Source: Bacteriovoracaceae bacterium
Lineage (GTDB): Bacteria; Bdellovibrionota; Bacteriovoracia; Bacteriovoracales; Bacteriovoracaceae
DNA: 64,000 nt
Assembly: GCA_018649885.1 (NCBI GenBank)
Contig: JABIHA010000112.1
Location: forward strand, 1-64,000
Direction: 5' to 3'
The notes below the pieces were generated by a model. The model saw only the letters and a program-made list of their open reading frames with translations, had not been told where the DNA came from and ran no database searches. Both the position numbers and the translations under genes were made by a program. This document shows, in pieces, positions 10,797 through 21,366 of this stretch (position 1 is the first letter of the stretch; each line of letters opens with the position of its first letter).

Positions 10797-11434
10797 TGAA
10801 AAAGCAACTCGTTTTTTTAGGAGCACCAGGATCAGGCAAGGGAACACAGGCTTCTAAGCTTGTGGGAGTCAAGGGTTATAATCACGTCTCTACTGGAGAC
10901 TTGCTTAGGGCCGAAGTAGCCGAAGGTAGTGATCTAGGAAAAAGAGTAAGTGAAATAATGAGCTCTGGCTCACTTGTAAGTGATGAAATTGTTTTAGAGC
11001 TTTTAAAGAAAAATTGTGACCTTGGTAATGGGGTTTATATTTTTGATGGATTTCCACGAAATATAGATCAAGCAAAAGCTTTAGATGCCCAGGTTTTAAG
11101 TGAAGCTCCGTATCAGGCGATTTACTTTAAGGTTGATAATGATAAGCTTATTGGTCGACTGACTAGCCGCAGAACATGTGGCGATTGCAAAGCGATCTAC
11201 AATCTTATCTCAAAACTACCAAAAGTTAGTGGTGTTTGTGATGAGTGTGGTGGCAGTAATCTAGAGCATAGAAAAGATGATACAGAAGATGTGATTAGAA
11301 ATAGACTTGAGGTATTTGAGGGCACAATTAAGCCAGTTCTTGACTACTATGAGTCAAAAAATAATCTTACAGTGCTTGATGCTATGGAAAATATCGATGA
11401 TGTGTTTCATGGAGTAGAAGGTGCTTTAAGCTAA
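10796..11434 (+). CDS. adk: Adenylate kinase (long, Zn-LID type)
   Basis: P-loop GAPGSGKGT, STGDLLR, DGFPR, two CxxC in the LID. Confidence 0.98.
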   Translation: MKKQLVFLGAPGSGKGTQASKLVGVKGYNHVSTGDLLRAEVAEGSDLGKRVSEIMSSGSLVSDEIVLELLKKNCDLGNGVYIFDGFPRNIDQAKALDAQVLSEAPYQAIYFKVDNDKLIGRLTSRRTCGDCKAIYNLISKLPKVSGVCDECGGSNLEHRKDDTEDVIRNRLEVFEGTIKPVLDYYESKNNLTVLDAMENIDDVFHGVEGALS

Positions 11435-11510
11435 GTTGTTTGTAGTAAAGCATTGCTTGCATTGCTGTGTTGGATTTTATATACACAAACGAACCTAAAA
11501 TGGAAGGTTT

Positions 11511-11744
11511 ATGACCGTAAAAGCAGATACTATTGAGTGTGAAGGGGAAGTGCTCGAACTTCTTCCAAATACAAAGTTTAAGGTAAAGCTGCCAAATGGA
11601 CATACTATAATTGCCCATATTAGTGGAAGAATGAGAATGAATTTTATTAAAATTCTTCCAGGTGATCAGGTAACAGTAGAAATTAGTAAGTACGATTTGA
11701 ATAAGGGCAGAATTACCTATCGTACTAAAGGACAGTCGAAATGA
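11511..11744 (+). CDS. infA: Translation initiation factor IF-1
   Basis: [24 protein letters not shown]. Confidence 0.99.
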   Translation: MTVKADTIECEGEVLELLPNTKFKVKLPNGHTIIAHISGRMRMNFIKILPGDQVTVEISKYDLNKGRITYRTKGQSK

Positions 11745-11857
11745 AGGTAAGAGCATCAGTTAAGAAAATGTGTAAAGATTGCAAAGTTATAAAACGTAAA
11801 GGTGTTTTGAGGGTTATTTGCAAAGGCAACCCAAAACATAAGCAGAGACAAGGCTAG
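11741..11857 (+). CDS. rpmJ: 50S ribosomal protein L36 (not in ORF track; 38 aa)
   Basis: Reads [42 protein letters not shown] overlap with infA stop; Zn-ribbon type. Confidence 0.98.
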   Translation: MKVRASVKKMCKDCKVIKRKGVLRVICKGNPKHKQRQG

Positions 11858-11869
11858 TAGGAGCGAAAG

Positions 11870-12250
11870 ATGGCAAGGATTTTAGGTGTTGACCTTCCCA
11901 GAAATAAAGCAATGAAAATTGCAATTAGGGCATTGTATGGAGTTGGTCCCCAGATCGGTGAAAAGGTTTTAGCAAAGGCTGGAATAAGCCCTGAAAGAAA
12001 CTCGAATGAACTTAGTGAAGAGGAAACTCAGACTATAAGAAAAATTCTTGAAGATTACACGGTTGAAGGTGATCTAAGAAGAGAAGTTGGCCTCAATATT
12101 AAGCGCCTAAAAGATTTGGGTTGCTATAGAGGTATTCGCCATAGAAGGGGATTGCCTGTGAGAGGACAAAGAACTCACACTAATGCAAGAACTAGAAAAG
12201 GTAAGGCCGTAGCAATTGCTGGTAAGAAATCAGTCAAGTCAATGAAGTAA
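11870..12250 (+). CDS. rpsM: 30S ribosomal protein S13
   Basis: [30 protein letters not shown]. Confidence 0.99.
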   Translation: MARILGVDLPRNKAMKIAIRALYGVGPQIGEKVLAKAGISPERNSNELSEEETQTIRKILEDYTVEGDLRREVGLNIKRLKDLGCYRGIRHRRGLPVRGQRTHTNARTRKGKAVAIAGKKSVKSMK

Positions 12251-12263
12251 TTAGGAAGTTAAA

Positions 12264-12644
12264 ATGGCAAAGCAAACGAAGAAAAAAGTTAAAAAAAATA
12301 TTTCACATGGCATATGCCATATCCAAGCATCATTTAACAACACGCTTGTTACCTTTTCTGATTCTCATGGGAATGCACTTTCATGGGCCAGTTCAGGTGG
12401 TCTTGGGTTTAGAGGCTCAAAAAAATCGACTCCTTTTGCTGCTCAAATGGCTTGTCAAGAAGCTGCCAAAAAAGCACAAGAGCATGGGCTTAGCTCTGTT
12501 GATGTACGAGTAAAAGGTCCAGGGGCTGGTAGAGAAAATGCTATCAGAGCTTTGATTGCAGCAGGAATTAAAATTACTTCCGTTGCAGACAAGAGTCCTA
12601 TGCCACACAACGGTTGTCGTGCTCCAAAGAGACGTAGAGTATAA
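12264..12644 (+). CDS. rpsK: 30S ribosomal protein S11
   Basis: [26 protein letters not shown]. Confidence 0.99.
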   Translation: MAKQTKKKVKKNISHGICHIQASFNNTLVTFSDSHGNALSWASSGGLGFRGSKKSTPFAAQMACQEAAKKAQEHGLSSVDVRVKGPGAGRENAIRALIAAGIKITSVADKSPMPHNGCRAPKRRRV

Positions 12645-12744
12645 TAAAACTTTTTAATAATATATGCCTTAATTGGCTTCAGATAAATGAAGTTTGATTT
12701 GGTGGGAATCCGCCGTATTGAATGGGAAGCTGTAGGAGAATTTA

Positions 12745-13773
12745 ATGGAAACATTTGTAAGCAAAAACTGGTCAAGTATGATTCGACCAGCAGGTATGGA
12801 AACAGATACCACTGAAAGTGCATTATCTAATTATGGAAAATTCATTGCTAAGCCGCTAGAGCGTGGGTATGGGCTAACACTGGGTAATTCACTCAGAAGA
12901 GTTCTGCTTTCCTCACTGCAAGGTGCTGGTATTGTTGCAATTAGAATCGAAGGTGTTGATCACGAATTTGGCACTTTAAATAACGTAAAAGAAGAAGTTT
13001 CTGAAATCATTCTTAATTTGAAAGAAATTAAGATTGGTGTTGATAATAAAGAAGACGTAGTTATTTTACTTGAAAAATCTGGTGAAGGTCTTGTTCTTGG
13101 TTCAGACATTCAGTGTCCAACCAATGTTGAAGTTCTAAATCCAGACCAAGTTATCTGTAATATTTCATCTGGTGGATCTATCAGAATGGAACTTAAGGTT
13201 GTAAGAGGAAAGGGATACGTATCAGCCCTTGATAATAAAGAGCTTTTTGAGCTTCCAGTTGGCTGGGTTTATCTTGATACTCTATTTTCCCCTGTAACAA
13301 GAGTTAATTATACTGTTACTAACGCTAGAGTTGGTAAGAGAACTGATTATGATAAATTGTCCCTTGAAGTTTGGACTAACGGTGGTGTATCTCCAGTTGA
13401 TGCGGTGGCTTATTCTGCCAAGATTTTACGAGATCAGCTCAGAATTTTCCTAAACTTTGAAGATGAAGAAACAGTAGTTGTATCTGAGCAAAAACAGACG
13501 ACAACCTCTTCAATTCCAAATGAATTTTTACTAAAACCAGTGAGTGAGCTTGAGCTATCTGTTAGATCTGCAAATTGCTTGCAAAACGCAAATATTAAGT
13601 ATATTTACGAGCTTGTATCGAAGACTGAAGGTGAAATGCTAAGGACCAAGAATTTTGGTCGTAAGTCGCTCAATGAAATCAAAGAGATACTATCAGGAAT
13701 GGGCTTAGGTCTTGGAATGAAAGTTGACTCTATAATGAAGCAAATTCAAGAGCAGCAAAAAACAGAAGTCTAA
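12745..13773 (+). CDS. rpoA: RNA polymerase subunit alpha
   Basis: [44 protein letters not shown]. Confidence 0.99.
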   Translation: METFVSKNWSSMIRPAGMETDTTESALSNYGKFIAKPLERGYGLTLGNSLRRVLLSSLQGAGIVAIRIEGVDHEFGTLNNVKEEVSEIILNLKEIKIGVDNKEDVVILLEKSGEGLVLGSDIQCPTNVEVLNPDQVICNISSGGSIRMELKVVRGKGYVSALDNKELFELPVGWVYLDTLFSPVTRVNYTVTNARVGKRTDYDKLSLEVWTNGGVSPVDAVAYSAKILRDQLRIFLNFEDEETVVVSEQKQTTTSSIPNEFLLKPVSELELSVRSANCLQNANIKYIYELVSKTEGEMLRTKNFGRKSLNEIKEILSGMGLGLGMKVDSIMKQIQEQQKTEV

Positions 13774-13806
13774 AATTTGTGCAAATGAACTTGTTAGGAG
13801 TATGAA

Positions 13807-14163
13807 ATGAGACATAAAAGACATAAACATAGGCTAAACGTGTCGCCATCTCACAGAAAAAGTCTTGTGAAAAATTTGGCAATCGAAGTGATAGACCATG
13901 GGACGGTAAGAACGACCTTGGCTAAAGCTAAAGCGATAAAATCCTATGTTGAAAAGTTAGTTACTATTGCAAAGGTTGATACAATTGCTAATAGAAGACT
14001 TGCTTTTAAAAAACTCAACAATAAAAAAGCTGTTGCAACTCTATTTAAAGATGTTGGTCCCAGATTTACTGACCGACCGGGTGGTTACACTAGAGTGTTA
14101 AGATTTGCTGATACTCGTGTTGGTGACGGTGCAAAAATGGGTCTTATTACTTTTGTTGATTAA
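13807..14163 (+). CDS. rplQ: 50S ribosomal protein L17
   Basis: MRH, TT.AKAK, RPGGYTR. Confidence 0.98.
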   Translation: MRHKRHKHRLNVSPSHRKSLVKNLAIEVIDHGTVRTTLAKAKAIKSYVEKLVTIAKVDTIANRRLAFKKLNNKKAVATLFKDVGPRFTDRPGGYTRVLRFADTRVGDGAKMGLITFVD

Positions 14164-14190
14164 TTTTAATAAAATTATATACGCTCGAAT

Positions 14191-14218
14191 GGGGACCCTG
14201 AAATAGAGGTCCCTTTTT
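14191..14218 (+). terminator. Intrinsic terminator ending the ribosomal cluster
   Basis: GGGGACC...GGTCCCT stem followed by a T-run, just after rplQ. Confidence 0.7.
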
Positions 14219-14226
14219 AATTTATT

Positions 14227-14784
14227 ATGGATACAACTAAACGTTTTTTAATTATTTTCTTAGTACTTGGTATCACCGTGATCTATGCGGTGTATAAGCA
14301 AAGTTCAGTTGAGGTTTTGCCTCAGACTGATTCAGCCATGGTTTTAAAGAAGCTCCCAGATTATAAATTGACTGATTTAGAGGGGAAGCCCGTTAGCTCT
14401 TATGGATTTTTGAAAAAATCAAAGCTTCTTGCAGTTCATTTCTGGGGAACGTGGTGTGCACCATGTGAAGCAGAGTTTCCAGAGTTCCTGAAATTTATTG
14501 AAAGCTTTTCTGATACCTCTGATGTTACATTTCACTTAATTGCCACTCAGGATACAGTTGTTGATGTAAAAAAGTTTTTGAAAAGATTTAAAAAACTACC
14601 TCCTAATATAGTTTTATCAGCAGATAAAGAGGGCATTGTTCAAAAGCACTTTAATACCATCAAGGTTCCAGAAACTTATCTCTTTAATAAAGAGGGCAAG
14701 GCCTTGAGGAAATTTGTTGGGCCTCAAGAGTGGGGGATAAAGTATTTTAAAGATTATTTTAGGTCTTTAACCTCATCTAGGTGA
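14227..14784 (+). CDS. TlpA/ResA-family membrane-anchored thioredoxin
   Basis: N-terminal TM helix; FWGTWCAPC (CxxC); cis-Pro motif VPETY. Confidence 0.88.
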   Translation: MDTTKRFLIIFLVLGITVIYAVYKQSSVEVLPQTDSAMVLKKLPDYKLTDLEGKPVSSYGFLKKSKLLAVHFWGTWCAPCEAEFPEFLKFIESFSDTSDVTFHLIATQDTVVDVKKFLKRFKKLPPNIVLSADKEGIVQKHFNTIKVPETYLFNKEGKALRKFVGPQEWGIKYFKDYFRSLTSSR

Positions 14785-15152
14785 TTTTTTAAGATTGCGA
14801 TATTTTCCTCCCATTTTTTTCCTTCAAAATTAATTAATTCAACGCTCGAAATATCGATATCTTCAATACACCTCAAATTTACAGAGTATCCATCTGGGTG
14901 AGATCTAGGAGCATAGTAGCTAGATATGCCACAATTGGGACAAAATAGGTGCTTTGCCGTTTTTGTACCAAACTGATAATTGGAAAGCTCCTGTGTGTTA
15001 GTTGTTAATTTAAAGTTCTCTTTTTTTACAATGAGGTGAATGAAGCCTTTCATATTACAAATCGAACAATCGCAAATAGTTGCTTTCTTGAAGGAGTCAA
15101 AAACCTCAAATTGAATTTTTTGACAGTGGCAGCTTCCTTTTTTCCAATTCAT
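14754..15152 (-). CDS. GFA (CENP-V/glutathione-dependent formaldehyde-activating) family protein
   Basis: GSCHC, CDCSIC, HLFCPNCG, VNLRC Zn ligands. Confidence 0.9.
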   Translation of the reverse strand: MNWKKGSCHCQKIQFEVFDSFKKATICDCSICNMKGFIHLIVKKENFKLTTNTQELSNYQFGTKTAKHLFCPNCGISSYYAPRSHPDGYSVNLRCIEDIDISSVELINFEGKKWEENIAILKNHLDEVKDLK

Positions 15153-15432
15153 GAACAGAAACCTTATATAAATGACTAGTTTTTATCTAAATCGTAGAAG
15201 AAATTTTATACAAAATATCACATTTTGGGTGGAGATTTCATTAGGCGAGTGTTTTCGTCGGGGAACTCGATTGCTGTAATTATTTGATATTAGGGAAATG
15301 GGGGGAGGAGAATTTTTTTCGCAGGCGAGGGGAGTGATAATATTTTTTTCAAGTTTGTCTGGGGATTGACGAAAAGTTTTACAGTTTAAGCAAAGTACTT
15401 GTTTAAGAAATCGTTAAGTAAGGGGAATTTGC

Positions 15433-17004
15433 ATGATTAATTGGAAAGAAATTAGTGAACTTCATGTAATCCAGAAGTTAGAACAAATCATTGGGAAATG
15501 GTTTGGTGTAGAGCTCTTTTACACCAATGAACATTATAAGCTTCAAGGAAAAATCCTAGATAAAAGCTATGAGTTTCATAATCACTTCCTGAAAGTTCAA
15601 ATGCAAATGAACTATGGGTACGAGTATTTGGGGCAAGACATCGAAAAAATTTCAGACCTAGCGGTTGAAATGAAAGATAAGAAGAGCCTGATATTCGACT
15701 CTTTCTTTGATTATGTGAAAGGGGTTGGATCTCAGATCGATAGCGATGGTGAATTTTCTGGAATGGTTTTTGCTTATCCTTTTGTAAGTGACAAAACTAC
15801 CAAAGAGGAAATGCAAAACATCGAAAGTAAAATGGTCGAATGCGGAGCAAGTCCAGAAGATGCCAAAGTCTCTGTTGAAAATCTCCAGAAAATGAGTGAG
15901 CAAGAAAAAGAGTACTTACAAGAATTGGTCGAGCTCGTTGCACAGGAAATTGTGACTTTTCATCACGAAATCGGGAAAAGAGAAGAGAGAATATTAGAGC
16001 TTAATTCAGAATTAGGTCAAAAGTATCGTTATCATTCAATGATTGGAAAATCTAAGAAGATTCAGCAAGTTTACAGACTGCTAGACAAGATTGCTTCATC
16101 AGAATCGACTGTTTTGATACAAGGAGAGAACGGAACTGGTAAAGAGCTGGTTGCGAAAGCTGTCCATTATACTTCACCAAGAAAAGATTGTGTATTTTTG
16201 GCACAAAACTGTTCAGCATTTAATGACAATTTGCTCGACTCAGAATTATTTGGGCATGTTAAAGGTGCCTTTACCGGAGCTGTTAAAGACAAGAAAGGTC
16301 TTTTTGAAATGGCCAATGGTGGAACACTATTCTTAGATGAAATTGGTGATACAAGTTTAACAATGCAAGTGAAGCTTTTACGTGTGTTGCAAGAAGGAAC
16401 ATTTATGCCAGTAGGGGCCACAACTCCTCGAAAAGTAAATGTAAGGATAATTGCAGCGACCAATAGAAAATTAAAAGAAATGATTTCAAAAGGTGAGTTT
16501 AGAGAAGATCTCTATTATCGTATCAATGTTATAAACGTGAACTTGCCTCCACTCAGAGAAAGAAAAGATGATATCTCACTACTTATAGATCATTTTTTAG
16601 AGCAACGTTGTGCTGAAATGGGGTTACCTACAAAGGTAATTTCGAAAAAGACTATGGAAAAACTTTTAGACTATCCATGGCCTGGTAATGTTCGAGAGCT
16701 TGAAAATGAAATTGAAAGGCTAGTTGTCCTTGCCAGTGATGAAAAGACAATTACACCTGATATGCTAAGTAGCCGAATTACAGATTTTGGACAGGGAGGA
16801 GGAGCTCCTCATGGAATTAGAACTTCTGGTAATTTAAAAGAAGCTCTGGAAGAGCTCGAAAAAATTATGATTAAAGAAGGTCTCAAAAGATGTAATTTTA
16901 ATAAGTCTAAGCTTGCAAAAGAGCTTGGGATTAGTAGGGCCGGATTAATTATGAAGGTTGATAAGTATGGCCTTGATAAAAGAAAGAGGGCTGCAGGAGA
17001 GTAA
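15433..17004 (+). CDS. Sigma54-dependent enhancer-binding activator with PocR-like N-terminal sensor domain
   Basis: Walker A GENGTGKE, GAFTGA, Walker B LFLDEIG, WPGNVRELEN, C-terminal Fis-type HTH; N-terminal ~180 aa is not a receiver and resembles PocR (less certain). Confidence 0.88.
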   Translation: MINWKEISELHVIQKLEQIIGKWFGVELFYTNEHYKLQGKILDKSYEFHNHFLKVQMQMNYGYEYLGQDIEKISDLAVEMKDKKSLIFDSFFDYVKGVGSQIDSDGEFSGMVFAYPFVSDKTTKEEMQNIESKMVECGASPEDAKVSVENLQKMSEQEKEYLQELVELVAQEIVTFHHEIGKREERILELNSELGQKYRYHSMIGKSKKIQQVYRLLDKIASSESTVLIQGENGTGKELVAKAVHYTSPRKDCVFLAQNCSAFNDNLLDSELFGHVKGAFTGAVKDKKGLFEMANGGTLFLDEIGDTSLTMQVKLLRVLQEGTFMPVGATTPRKVNVRIIAATNRKLKEMISKGEFREDLYYRINVINVNLPPLRERKDDISLLIDHFLEQRCAEMGLPTKVISKKTMEKLLDYPWPGNVRELENEIERLVVLASDEKTITPDMLSSRITDFGQGGGAPHGIRTSGNLKEALEELEKIMIKEGLKRCNFNKSKLAKELGISRAGLIMKVDKYGLDKRKRAAGE

Positions 17005-17046
17005 GAATCGTAACAATAGTAAAGATAGCAATGATTTTTATATTTG

Positions 17047-17080
17047 GAGTCCCCCTAGCACAGGGGGACTCTTATCTTTT
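17047..17080 (+). terminator. Intrinsic terminator after the sigma54 activator gene
   Basis: Perfect 10-bp stem GAGTCCCCCT-AGCAC-AGGGGGACTC followed by TTATCTTTT. Confidence 0.75.
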
Positions 17081-17165
17081 AGAGTGGACTGAAAAGAAAT
17101 GGAAACACTCGCTTTGCAGGAAAAAAATTGCACAAAGCAATAAACTTCTAAAAAAAATCTTCAAA

Positions 17166-17717
17166 ATGAAAAATGAGATGAAGCAGAAAAAAGACAATCA
17201 ATACGGTCTTTTTGGTCTGTTAAGTGTTCCAAGAGAAAGTCGCTTTAAACATTGTGTTCAGGCCGTTGATAATGAACAAAATATGAAACAAAATTCTTTT
17301 GGAGCAGAGGGAAAGATTTTTGTGGCACTAGAGCACTATTTTTCAATCTATAATTCTGAAGAGCCTGATTTCGAATCTTTTTGTAGATATAAAATCTTTA
17401 ATGAGAACACCTCCATCACTTATAAAAGATATATCCATCAACTTGGAAGTATTGCGGAAAAAGTGGTGTCCCTGGATACAGATAGGAGATTTAAGCTGTG
17501 CACATTTAGTGCTGGATTTTCTGAGCTCAACCTTGAGCTAACCTACCTTGCTTCAGATTATGAAATAAAATGGAACCGTGGATTTGAAAGTGAGTATAAC
17601 TGCTTTAAAATCTCATTTGTTGATCATCATAGCACTAAGTCATACGCATTGGGCAGAGCGCCTGCGTCCCTCGATCCTGTCTCTAGCTATTCAAGCTGTA
17701 TTAAGAAAAATCAATAA
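17166..17717 (+). CDS. Hypothetical protein
   Basis: Open frame from 17031, but the first part overlaps the terminator, so in-frame ATG 17166 (or 17178) is preferred; no recognisable domain. Confidence 0.55.
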   Translation: MKNEMKQKKDNQYGLFGLLSVPRESRFKHCVQAVDNEQNMKQNSFGAEGKIFVALEHYFSIYNSEEPDFESFCRYKIFNENTSITYKRYIHQLGSIAEKVVSLDTDRRFKLCTFSAGFSELNLELTYLASDYEIKWNRGFESEYNCFKISFVDHHSTKSYALGRAPASLDPVSSYSSCIKKNQ

Positions 17718-17757
17718 CTAAACCCTCTAAGCCACTAGGGATTTGGAACACATCAAA

Positions 17758-17786
17758 TTGCTATAAAGTAATGTGAAAGGTATACA
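17758..17786 (+). promoter_or_regulatory. Candidate sigma70 promoter of the carboxylase operon
   Basis: TTGCTA-17 nt-TATACA. Confidence 0.45.
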
Positions 17787-17834
17787 TAGAGGATATAAAA
17801 TGTCGTGTATTTCCTGTTGCCGCATGGAGCTTTA

Positions 17835-19397
17835 ATGACGGAAGACTTAGAAACAAAAAGAGAATTTTTAAGAAAAATGGTCAGTGAATCTGAGCTTGGC
17901 GGTGGTGAGGCTAGGATTAAAAAACAACACGATCAAGGAAAGTACAGCGCGCGCGAGAGAATCGACCGATTAATTGATCCAGGTAGTTTTATTGAGTTTG
18001 ATAAGTTTGTAAAACATAAATGTAATCAATTCGGTATTGAGAAAACAAGGTTTCTTGGAGACGGAGTTGTAACAGGCGTGGGAGAAATTAATGGTAGTAG
18101 AATGGCCATTTTTTCTCAAGACTTTACGTGTTGGGGAGGAGCTCTCGGGGCTGCTCACGCAAAAAAAGTCTGTAAGGTTATGGATTTTGCCCTTGAAAAT
18201 AGGATTCCAATAATTGGGATAAATGATTCAGGTGGTGCCAGAATTCAAGAGGGTGTTGAATCCCTCGCAGGTTACGCCGAAATTTTTTATCGAAATGTAA
18301 AAGCATCTGGAGTTATTCCACAAATCTCACTTGTTATGGGTCCTTGTGCTGGAGGAGCTGTTTATTCTCCTGCCATTACTGATTTTATTTTCATGGTGGA
18401 AAATAGCTCTTATATGTTCGTAACAGGACCTGATGTAATAAAGACTGTAACTCACGAGGAAGTGACTAAAGAAAGCTTGGGGGGTGCATCCACACACAAT
18501 GAAACCTCAGGTGTTGCTCACTTTAAAACTGCCAATGAAGATGAATGTTTTGAAAGAGTAAGAGAGCTTTTGGCCTTTATTCCTCAATCAAATTTTAGAA
18601 AGCTAAGTCTTAAAGACACAGGGGACCCTATTGATAGGGAAAACAAATGTTTGAAAGAGACTGTGCCCTCAAACCCTAAAAAACCCTATGATATAAAAGA
18701 GATCATCACAGAAGTTTGTGATGATCACCATTTTTTAGAAGTTCAAAAAGATTATGCTCAAAATATAGTTATAGGTTTTGGTTCCATTGGGGGGATCAAA
18801 ATAGGTATTGTTGGTAATCAGCCACAGGTGTTAGCTGGTGCTCTTGATATTAACTCATCAAATAAAGCGGCAAGGTTTATTAGGTTTTGTGATGCATTTG
18901 ATATTCCAATTTTATCGTTTGTAGATGTGCCAGGGTTTTTACCGGGAACAGTACAAGAATACGGCGGAATAATTAAACACGGCTCGAAACTTCTCTACGC
19001 CTACTCAGAGGCTACGGTTCCACTAATTACAATAATCACCAGAAAAGCTTATGGAGGTGCATACGATGTTATGGCCTCAAAACATATTAGAGCTGACATA
19101 AATTTGGCTTATCCAACAGCAGAAATTGCTGTAATGGGTGCAGATGGAGCGGTTAATATTATCTTTAGAAAAGAACTGGCAGGTCTTTCTGAAAAAGAAT
19201 TTCTAGAAAAGAAAGCAGAGCTTGTCAAAAAATATGAAAACGAATTTGCCAATCCCTATAAGGCTGCAGAGCTTGGCTACATTGATGAAATAATATTGCC
19301 AGAGAACACAAGGGCAAAAGTTTATCAGTATTTAAATTTTCTTAAAAATAAGAAAGTTCAAAGGCCAAAAAGAAAGCATGGGAATATTCAACTTTAG
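17835..19397 (+). CDS. pccB: Acyl-CoA (propionyl-CoA) carboxylase, carboxyltransferase beta subunit
   Basis: [41 protein letters not shown] 17835 with GGAG SD. Confidence 0.93.
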   Translation: MTEDLETKREFLRKMVSESELGGGEARIKKQHDQGKYSARERIDRLIDPGSFIEFDKFVKHKCNQFGIEKTRFLGDGVVTGVGEINGSRMAIFSQDFTCWGGALGAAHAKKVCKVMDFALENRIPIIGINDSGGARIQEGVESLAGYAEIFYRNVKASGVIPQISLVMGPCAGGAVYSPAITDFIFMVENSSYMFVTGPDVIKTVTHEEVTKESLGGASTHNETSGVAHFKTANEDECFERVRELLAFIPQSNFRKLSLKDTGDPIDRENKCLKETVPSNPKKPYDIKEIITEVCDDHHFLEVQKDYAQNIVIGFGSIGGIKIGIVGNQPQVLAGALDINSSNKAARFIRFCDAFDIPILSFVDVPGFLPGTVQEYGGIIKHGSKLLYAYSEATVPLITIITRKAYGGAYDVMASKHIRADINLAYPTAEIAVMGADGAVNIIFRKELAGLSEKEFLEKKAELVKKYENEFANPYKAAELGYIDEIILPENTRAKVYQYLNFLKNKKVQRPKRKHGNIQL

Positions 19398-19405
19398 GAA
19401 AAAAG

Positions 19406-20845
19406 ATGTCAGCTGAAGTAAAGCGAATATTAATTGCCAATAGAGGTGAAGTCGCGATTCGAATTGCTCGGGCCGTGAATGAGCTTGGCCATACGTCCAT
19501 AGGTTTATGGACAGACAATGAGATACACGCAGCTCACTTAGCTTTTTGTAAGGAGTGGGTAAACTTACCTGGAAGTGGCAATCGCGAGACTTTTTTAAAT
19601 AGTGAAAAAATTATTAGCTTGTGCCTTGAGCACAAGGTAGATGCTGTTCATCCTGGATATGGATTTTTATCTGAGAATGCAAATTTTGCAAAAGCGTTAA
19701 AAGAAAATGGAATTGTATTCATTGGACCAAATCCAGATGCCATCTTAAAAATGGGTGACAAAGCCGTTTCTAAAAAAATTGCTCAAGAAGCTGGTGTTCC
19801 AGTTGTTCCCGGTTCTGTTGGTGAAGTTGAGACTATTGCTGAGGCAATAAAAATAGCAGGAAAAATAAAATACCCGATTTTGTTAAAAGCTGTTGCTGGT
19901 GGTGGTGGCAGAGGGATGAGAATCTGTATTAATGAAGATGAAATAAAGAAAAATTTTGAGGCAGTACAGAGAGAATCTCTCGCGGCTTTTGGTAATGGTG
20001 GTTTGCTCGTTGAGAAATTCATCGTCAATCCTAGGCATATAGAGGTTCAGATTCTTTCTGATAAAAAAGGGAATATATTCCACTGCTTTGAAAGAGAGTG
20101 CTCTGTTCAAAGAAGGCATCAAAAAATTATTGAAGAAGCACCTTCTCCTTTTATTGGAGATGATGAAAAACTTCGCAATCAAATTTGTGAAATAGCTGTA
20201 AAACTTGCGGCTTCTGTAAAATATGACTCAGCTGGCACAGTTGAATTTATAATGGGAGAAGATAAGAGTTTTTATTTCCTAGAAATGAATACTCGAATTC
20301 AAGTTGAGCATCCAATCACTGAGGAAGTAATAGGGATCGATTTATTGGTTTGTATGATTCAGGCAGCACTTGGTGAGAAAATGGGTATTCCAAACCAAGA
20401 ATTCATCAAAAGATCTGGACATGCTATCGAGTGCCGCATTTGCGCAGAAGATCCTGTGACAATGCTACCTGCTCCAGGAAAAGTTAGTGGCCTTGATATT
20501 ACCTTTCCGCAGGGGGTGAGGTTTGATCACTGTCTTTATAAAGGTTTAGAGGTTACTACTGACTTTGATCCAATGGTTGGGAAATTGATAACCAAGGGAA
20601 TAAACCGGAAAGTTGCATTAAGGAAAATGAGGCATGCCTTAAAAGGGTGCAGTATCTCTGGTTTGAAAACAAATATACCTCTTCACAGTGTGATTATGAA
20701 TCACCCTAAGTTTATTGCCGGAAATTACACGACAAAATTTATTGAAGATGAAAAACCACAAGATTTGATTAGTACAGAGGTTGATCTTGATTTTATTATT
20801 GAGAAAATATCTTCTATTGAAGCTTATAAAATGGGATTGGCCTAG
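19406..20845 (+). CDS. accC: Biotin carboxylase subunit
   Basis: ILIANRGE, HPGYGFLSEN, GGGGRG, RECSVQRRHQK, EMNTRIQVEH. Confidence 0.93.
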   Translation: MSAEVKRILIANRGEVAIRIARAVNELGHTSIGLWTDNEIHAAHLAFCKEWVNLPGSGNRETFLNSEKIISLCLEHKVDAVHPGYGFLSENANFAKALKENGIVFIGPNPDAILKMGDKAVSKKIAQEAGVPVVPGSVGEVETIAEAIKIAGKIKYPILLKAVAGGGGRGMRICINEDEIKKNFEAVQRESLAAFGNGGLLVEKFIVNPRHIEVQILSDKKGNIFHCFERECSVQRRHQKIIEEAPSPFIGDDEKLRNQICEIAVKLAASVKYDSAGTVEFIMGEDKSFYFLEMNTRIQVEHPITEEVIGIDLLVCMIQAALGEKMGIPNQEFIKRSGHAIECRICAEDPVTMLPAPGKVSGLDITFPQGVRFDHCLYKGLEVTTDFDPMVGKLITKGINRKVALRKMRHALKGCSISGLKTNIPLHSVIMNHPKFIAGNYTTKFIEDEKPQDLISTEVDLDFIIEKISSIEAYKMGLA

Positions 20846-20847
20846 AT

Positions 20848-21366
20848 ATGCGCTATTACTTAGTTAATGATAATCGCGAAATTTCAATTGATATCGTTGA
20901 GGGGAAGAGGCTATCAAAGGAAATGGTTTCATTTAAAGTTAATTACCTTGAAGATTTTAAAATTAAATTTTCAAAAGATATTTTCATTAGAAATTTGGCC
21001 AATAGATTCTTTTTATCTACTGATCGAAAATCTTGGAAATTAATTTCTAGGTTGAGATATCCAGAAAGAATTACTTTTGTAGATCAAATTTATGATTTAT
21101 TTAGAGGATTTAAGCCTTCGGGAATGAGTAGTGGGGCAAGTGGTGAGTTGAAAACTCAAATGCCCGGAAAAATAGTAAAGATTTTAGTAAAAAAGGGTGA
21201 AGTCGTTGCCAAGGGGCAACCTCTTTTGATAATGGAAGCCATGAAAATGGAAAATGAACTTAAATCAGGTATTGATGGAAAAATTACAGATATCTACGTT
21301 CATGAGGGGCAAGCACTTGAGTCAGGTGTTTCTCTCATGGAGATTTCAGATAAGGAAAATAAATGA
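20848..21366 (+). CDS. Biotin carboxyl carrier protein subunit
   Basis: EAMKM biotinylation motif in C-terminal biotinyl domain. Confidence 0.92.
   Translation: MRYYLVNDNREISIDIVEGKRLSKEMVSFKVNYLEDFKIKFSKDIFIRNLANRFFLSTDRKSWKLISRLRYPERITFVDQIYDLFRGFKPSGMSSGASGELKTQMPGKIVKILVKKGEVVAKGQPLLIMEAMKMENELKSGIDGKITDIYVHEGQALESGVSLMEISDKENK

Noticed and set aside
17031..17165. Track start (apparent signal peptide) for the hypothetical ORF, or an upstream ATC start at 17007
   Set aside because: The segment coincides with a perfect 10-bp terminator hairpin of the upstream gene and ATG 17031 has no SD
17744..17762. Sigma54 promoter before pccB (TGGAAC...TTGC)
   Set aside because: GG to GC spacing is 13 nt rather than the required 10
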